Source: Bdellovibrionales bacterium
GTDB taxonomy: Bacteria; Bdellovibrionota; Bdellovibrionia; Bdellovibrionales; UBA840
Reading direction: 5' to 3'
NCBI GenBank assembly: GCA_037969075.1
Contig: JBBKWS010000012.1
Span: forward strand, 1-29,991
DNA: 29,991 nt
The notes below the pieces were generated by a model, which did no database searches, was not told where the DNA came from, and saw nothing but the letters and a program-made list of their open reading frames with translations. The position numbers and the translations under genes were made by a program. Shown piece after piece: positions 26,759-29,991 of this stretch. Every line of letters begins with the position of its first letter. Within the stretch, counting starts at the first letter, position 1.

Positions 26759-28234
26759 TTATTTTTCAGGCCTTAGAGTCGGAAACAAAATCACGTCCCT
26801 AATGCTTTCTTTACCTGTTAGTAACATTACGACTCTTTCAATCCCCAGTCCCACTCCACCTGTTGGTGGCATACCAACATCAATGGCATGAATGAAGTCT
26901 TCGTCCATGGGCTGGGCCTCATCATTAACAGCCCTTTGAGCGTCTTGTTGCTTTAAGCGCTCAAGCTGATCTTCAGGGTCATTTAACTCAGAATATGAAT
27001 TAGCAATTTCTGTCCCTGCAATAAATAACTCGAAACGCTCTACTAAGCCTTTGTGCTCTCTATGCATTTTAGTTAAAGGAGATATCTCAACTGGATAATC
27101 CGTAATAAAAGTTGGTTGCCACAAATGCTCTTCGGCTACTAATTCAAAAAGCTCAGAGACCATCTCGCCTCTTAGCGCAGCTTTATCACGAATTGATCCA
27201 TGCTTTTTAATAGCAGCAAACAAATCTGCATCTGATAAATCATTCACATTGATTTGACCAAATTCTTTGATGGCATCATACATGGTGAGTCGGCGCCAAG
27301 GACGGGCAAAATCAACAGTCTTACCCTTAAATTCGACTTGCAAAGAATTATTAGTTTTTTCACATAGTTTTGTTACGAGCTCTTCTACCCGGTTCATTTG
27401 GTCATGATAGTCTGTGTACGCTTCATACCATTCGATCATTGTGAATTCTGGGTTATGGGTTCTATCCATTCCTTCATTTCTGAAGTTACGGTTCATGTCG
27501 TAAACTTTTTCAAAGCCACCAACGATCAACCGCTTAAGGTATGTTTCAGGACTGATCTTTAAAAAAAGCTGCATATCTAAAGTATTATGATGAGTAACAA
27601 AAGGGCGTGCTGCTGCACCACCGTAGATTTTTTGTAAAATAGGAGTTTCAACTTCTAAAAACCCAAGATCATCTAAATACTTTCTTGTTTCTCTTAAAAT
27701 TGTCGCACGCTTTCTATAAACTTCTCTTGATTCAGGGTCAGTGATTAAATCTAAATGTCTGTATCGGTATTTTAATTCGATATCAGCCAGTCCATGATAT
27801 TTTTCAGGTAGTGGCTCTAAAGTTTTACACAGCATTTCTACTTTTTTTGCATGAATGCTTACTTCGCCCTTTTGGGTTTTAAACATATAGCCTTCAACAC
27901 CCAAGATATCTCCGATATCGACTAAAGAAAATACTGTATTAGACGTCTCATCTAACTCTTCTTTACGAAGATAGATTTGTATGTTTCCACTTTCATCTTG
28001 GATATTGAAAAAGGCGGCCTTACCCATCGGACGCTTTGTCATCAATCGACCAGCAATCTTAACTACATCAGCTTCGACAATGTCACCTGTGTTAAGGCCA
28101 GCGTATTTTTCTTTTAGCTTTGCTGCCTCATGAGTTTTGTCATAATTGTACGGATAAGGATTAATTCCTTTTTCACGAAGCTCTTTTAATTTTCTTCTTT
28201 TTTCCTGACGAAGAGGATTTTCTTTTTCTGTCAT
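26759..28234 (-). CDS. lysS: Lysyl-tRNA synthetase, class II
   Basis: IAGRLM.KR.MGK, YRYRHLDL, GGAAARPF.THHN, FRNEG.DRTHNPEFT, GMPPTGG.GLGIER. Confidence 0.98.
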   Translation of the reverse strand: MTEKENPLRQEKRRKLKELREKGINPYPYNYDKTHEAAKLKEKYAGLNTGDIVEADVVKIAGRLMTKRPMGKAAFFNIQDESGNIQIYLRKEELDETSNTVFSLVDIGDILGVEGYMFKTQKGEVSIHAKKVEMLCKTLEPLPEKYHGLADIELKYRYRHLDLITDPESREVYRKRATILRETRKYLDDLGFLEVETPILQKIYGGAAARPFVTHHNTLDMQLFLKISPETYLKRLIVGGFEKVYDMNRNFRNEGMDRTHNPEFTMIEWYEAYTDYHDQMNRVEELVTKLCEKTNNSLQVEFKGKTVDFARPWRRLTMYDAIKEFGQINVNDLSDADLFAAIKKHGSIRDKAALRGEMVSELFELVAEEHLWQPTFITDYPVEISPLTKMHREHKGLVERFELFIAGTEIANSYSELNDPEDQLERLKQQDAQRAVNDEAQPMDEDFIHAIDVGMPPTGGVGLGIERVVMLLTGKESIRDVILFPTLRPEK

Positions 28235-28237
28235 TTT

Positions 28238-29155
28238 TTAGCCTTTAACAAATATGTCCATTACATTGTGTAGTAACTCGATCGCTTCTTTTTCTGGGCG
28301 CTGAAATGCATTTCTTCCCATTATGCTTCCAAAGGCTCCGCCCTTAGCTAGCTCTTTTACTTCCTTTAAAAGATCAGGAGTAGATTTCGCCTCTCCGCCG
28401 CTGAAAATTACAATTCGTCTTCCATCAAATGAAGATTGAACCACATGCTTGATTCTTTCACTTAGTGTGCTTACTGGAATTTTTTCAGATTCATAAACTT
28501 TTTTAGCATCCGCTTGTTCGATATGTTCTGTCGGAGGTTTTACTTTGATGATATGTGCGCCAAGTTGCGCAGCGATTTGCGCGCAATAAGAAATTACATC
28601 AATCGCAGTTTCTCCTTGTTTTGAAAGCTGCTCGCCTCGGGCGTAGGCCCAAATTACAACAACTAAGCCTCGCTCTTTGGCTTCACTTGCAATCATTGCA
28701 ATTTCTTCATACATGTTTTTTCTCTCGGCCGATCCTGGGTAAATGGTAAATCCGATTCCAACACATCCCAATCTTAGAGCGTCGTCTACACATGAGGTAA
28801 CAGCCGAGATCGGGGCTTTGTTACTAAAAAGAGTTTCTGAGTTATTTACTTTTAAAATCAATGGGATTTGGCCCGCATATTTTCTGGCACCGGCTTCGAT
28901 AAAACCAAGAGGAGCCGCATAAGCGGAGCAACCTGCTTTAATGGCTAACTCAAAGTGGTACTCTGGATTATAGGCCTTAGGATTTTTAGCAAAGCTTCTG
29001 GCGGGTCCATGCTCAAAGCCCTGATCTACGGGTAAAATTACCAATTTTCCACTACCGGCGGTTCTTCCGTGGTTTAATAATCTTGCTAAATTAGTTAGAG
29101 TTCCTGGGTTATCTGCCCCATACCATGATAGAATTTCTTGTACCTTTTGGCTCAT
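28238..29155 (-). CDS. fbaB: Class I fructose-bisphosphate aldolase (FbaB/DhnA)
   Basis: ILPVDQGFEHGP, GFTIYPGS, LGAHIIKVK, FSGG, GRNAFQR. ATG at 29155 with AAGGA SD. Confidence 0.95.
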   Translation of the reverse strand: MSQKVQEILSWYGADNPGTLTNLARLLNHGRTAGSGKLVILPVDQGFEHGPARSFAKNPKAYNPEYHFELAIKAGCSAYAAPLGFIEAGARKYAGQIPLILKVNNSETLFSNKAPISAVTSCVDDALRLGCVGIGFTIYPGSAERKNMYEEIAMIASEAKERGLVVVIWAYARGEQLSKQGETAIDVISYCAQIAAQLGAHIIKVKPPTEHIEQADAKKVYESEKIPVSTLSERIKHVVQSSFDGRRIVIFSGGEAKSTPDLLKEVKELAKGGAFGSIMGRNAFQRPEKEAIELLHNVMDIFVKG

Positions 29156-29278
29156 ATGTATCCTTATTTTTAATATCACGTGAGAGTAGAGATTTTAAGG
29201 CTCGAAATCAAGCCATACTGTATGACAAGGATTGTAAATCTCTGAGATTTATGTTAAAAATGCCACCTCGAGGTACAT

Positions 29279-29830
29279 ATGAGTGAAACAGTAAAAGTTT
29301 GGGCAGAAGAAACACCGAATCCACAAAGTCGTAAATTTTTGGTAAATCAAAAAATTGCCGATGGAATGCATGATTTTCCTTCTTCAGAAGAAGCAGCTCA
29401 CTCACCCCTTGCCACTAAATTATTTGGATTTCCTTGGATGCAGGCCGTGTTTATTGGTGAAAATTTCATCACAATTACTAAGCAAGAATGGGTGGATTGG
29501 ACTATTTTAGAGCAACCCCTTTGTGGCCTACTTAAAGAGCATATCCAAAACAAAGAGGCCGTTGTTTTAGATAAAACCGCAAACGATGAAGGCCTTACTG
29601 ATACGGATGATGTTAGATTGATTAAAAGAGTATTAGAGAGAGAAATTCGCCCGCAGGTTGCCCTAGATGGAGGCGATGTGGTGTTTCATAAATACGAAGA
29701 TGGAATTTTACAGCTTAAAATGCTTGGCGCCTGTAACGGCTGTCCTAGCTCTTCGCAAACGCTTAAACTTGGCATTGAAGTTAGATTAAAAGAAGTACTA
29801 CCAGAAATAAAAGAAGTGGTTGGGGTTTAA
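29279..29830 (+). CDS. nfuA: Nfu-type Fe-S carrier (Nfu_N + NifU C-terminal domain)
   Basis: TPNP.SRKF, SPLA.KLF, IRPQVALDGGDV, GACNGCPSS.QTLK.GIE; GAGG SD. Confidence 0.92.
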   Translation: MSETVKVWAEETPNPQSRKFLVNQKIADGMHDFPSSEEAAHSPLATKLFGFPWMQAVFIGENFITITKQEWVDWTILEQPLCGLLKEHIQNKEAVVLDKTANDEGLTDTDDVRLIKRVLEREIRPQVALDGGDVVFHKYEDGILQLKMLGACNGCPSSSQTLKLGIEVRLKEVLPEIKEVVGV

Positions 29831-29991
29831 GTTCTATTTTTTAAAGCTATAAGCCAACCAGTAATATTTGCAAAAACAAAAATAAAACCACAAATAGTAA
29901 GTACCAAGTTATAAAAGAGTATTTTTCTATCAGAATCTGATCTCTTAAACTCACATACCATCTCGGTTCTTAAAATTTTGATATCATGTTT
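29827..29991 (-). CDS. 3' end of a gene entering from the right; coiled coil plus C-terminal TM helix (DUF1640-like)
   Basis: Manual translation KHDIKILRTEMVCEFKRSDSDRKILFYNLVLTICGFIFVFANITGWLIALKNRT*; its stop overlaps the nfuA stop (TTAA). Confidence 0.55.
   Translation of the reverse strand, partial: KHDIKILRTEMVCEFKRSDSDRKILFYNLVLTICGFIFVFANITGWLIALKNRT

Noticed and set aside
2690..29405. Short ORF-track entries overlapping real genes (e.g. 2690..2893, 5632..5886, 5651..5842, 6640..6912, 8413..8601, 9043..9255, 9231..9470, 9679..9918, 10008..10235, 11462..11737, 12314..12502, 15394..15594, 19857..20075, 22966..23163, 23596..23787, 24009..24227, 24106..24558, 26385..26570, 28555..28749, 29208..29405)
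   Set aside because: Antisense or alternate-frame shadows of well-supported genes, with no recognisable motifs.

Overview
AT-rich, very compact bacterial chromosomal region. Gene content and protein style suggest a Bdellovibrionota-like predator (inference). Left: a partial ResB/Ccs1 gene, an iscS-mnmA-mtaB tRNA sulfur-modification operon, GNAT, DUF2945, glutathione peroxidase, sua5/tsaC and NADP-isocitrate dehydrogenase. Middle (accessory): a membrane class III adenylate cyclase with two C-terminal GYF_2 domains, divergent from a FecR-(Fn3)5 / (Fn3)3-beta-barrel / small beta-barrel operon; an HNH endonuclease gene with a structured ~300-bp upstream region; an OmpA-family protein; and a Pro-rich hypothetical. 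Right: a housekeeping run fbaB-lysS-rhodanese lipoprotein-tilS-ftsH-cdaA-cdaR-glmM-pdxJ, then nfuA and a partial membrane protein. Two candidates stand out. (1) The HNH locus carries a GC-rich 17-bp inverted repeat, with one copy inside the coding linker and one upstream, plus a long strand-biased hairpin. (2) A putative trans-envelope FecR/Fn3/beta-barrel to adenylate cyclase signalling module shows possible inter-protein strand complementation and a sigma28-like promoter. No rRNA, tRNA or CRISPR array was seen.
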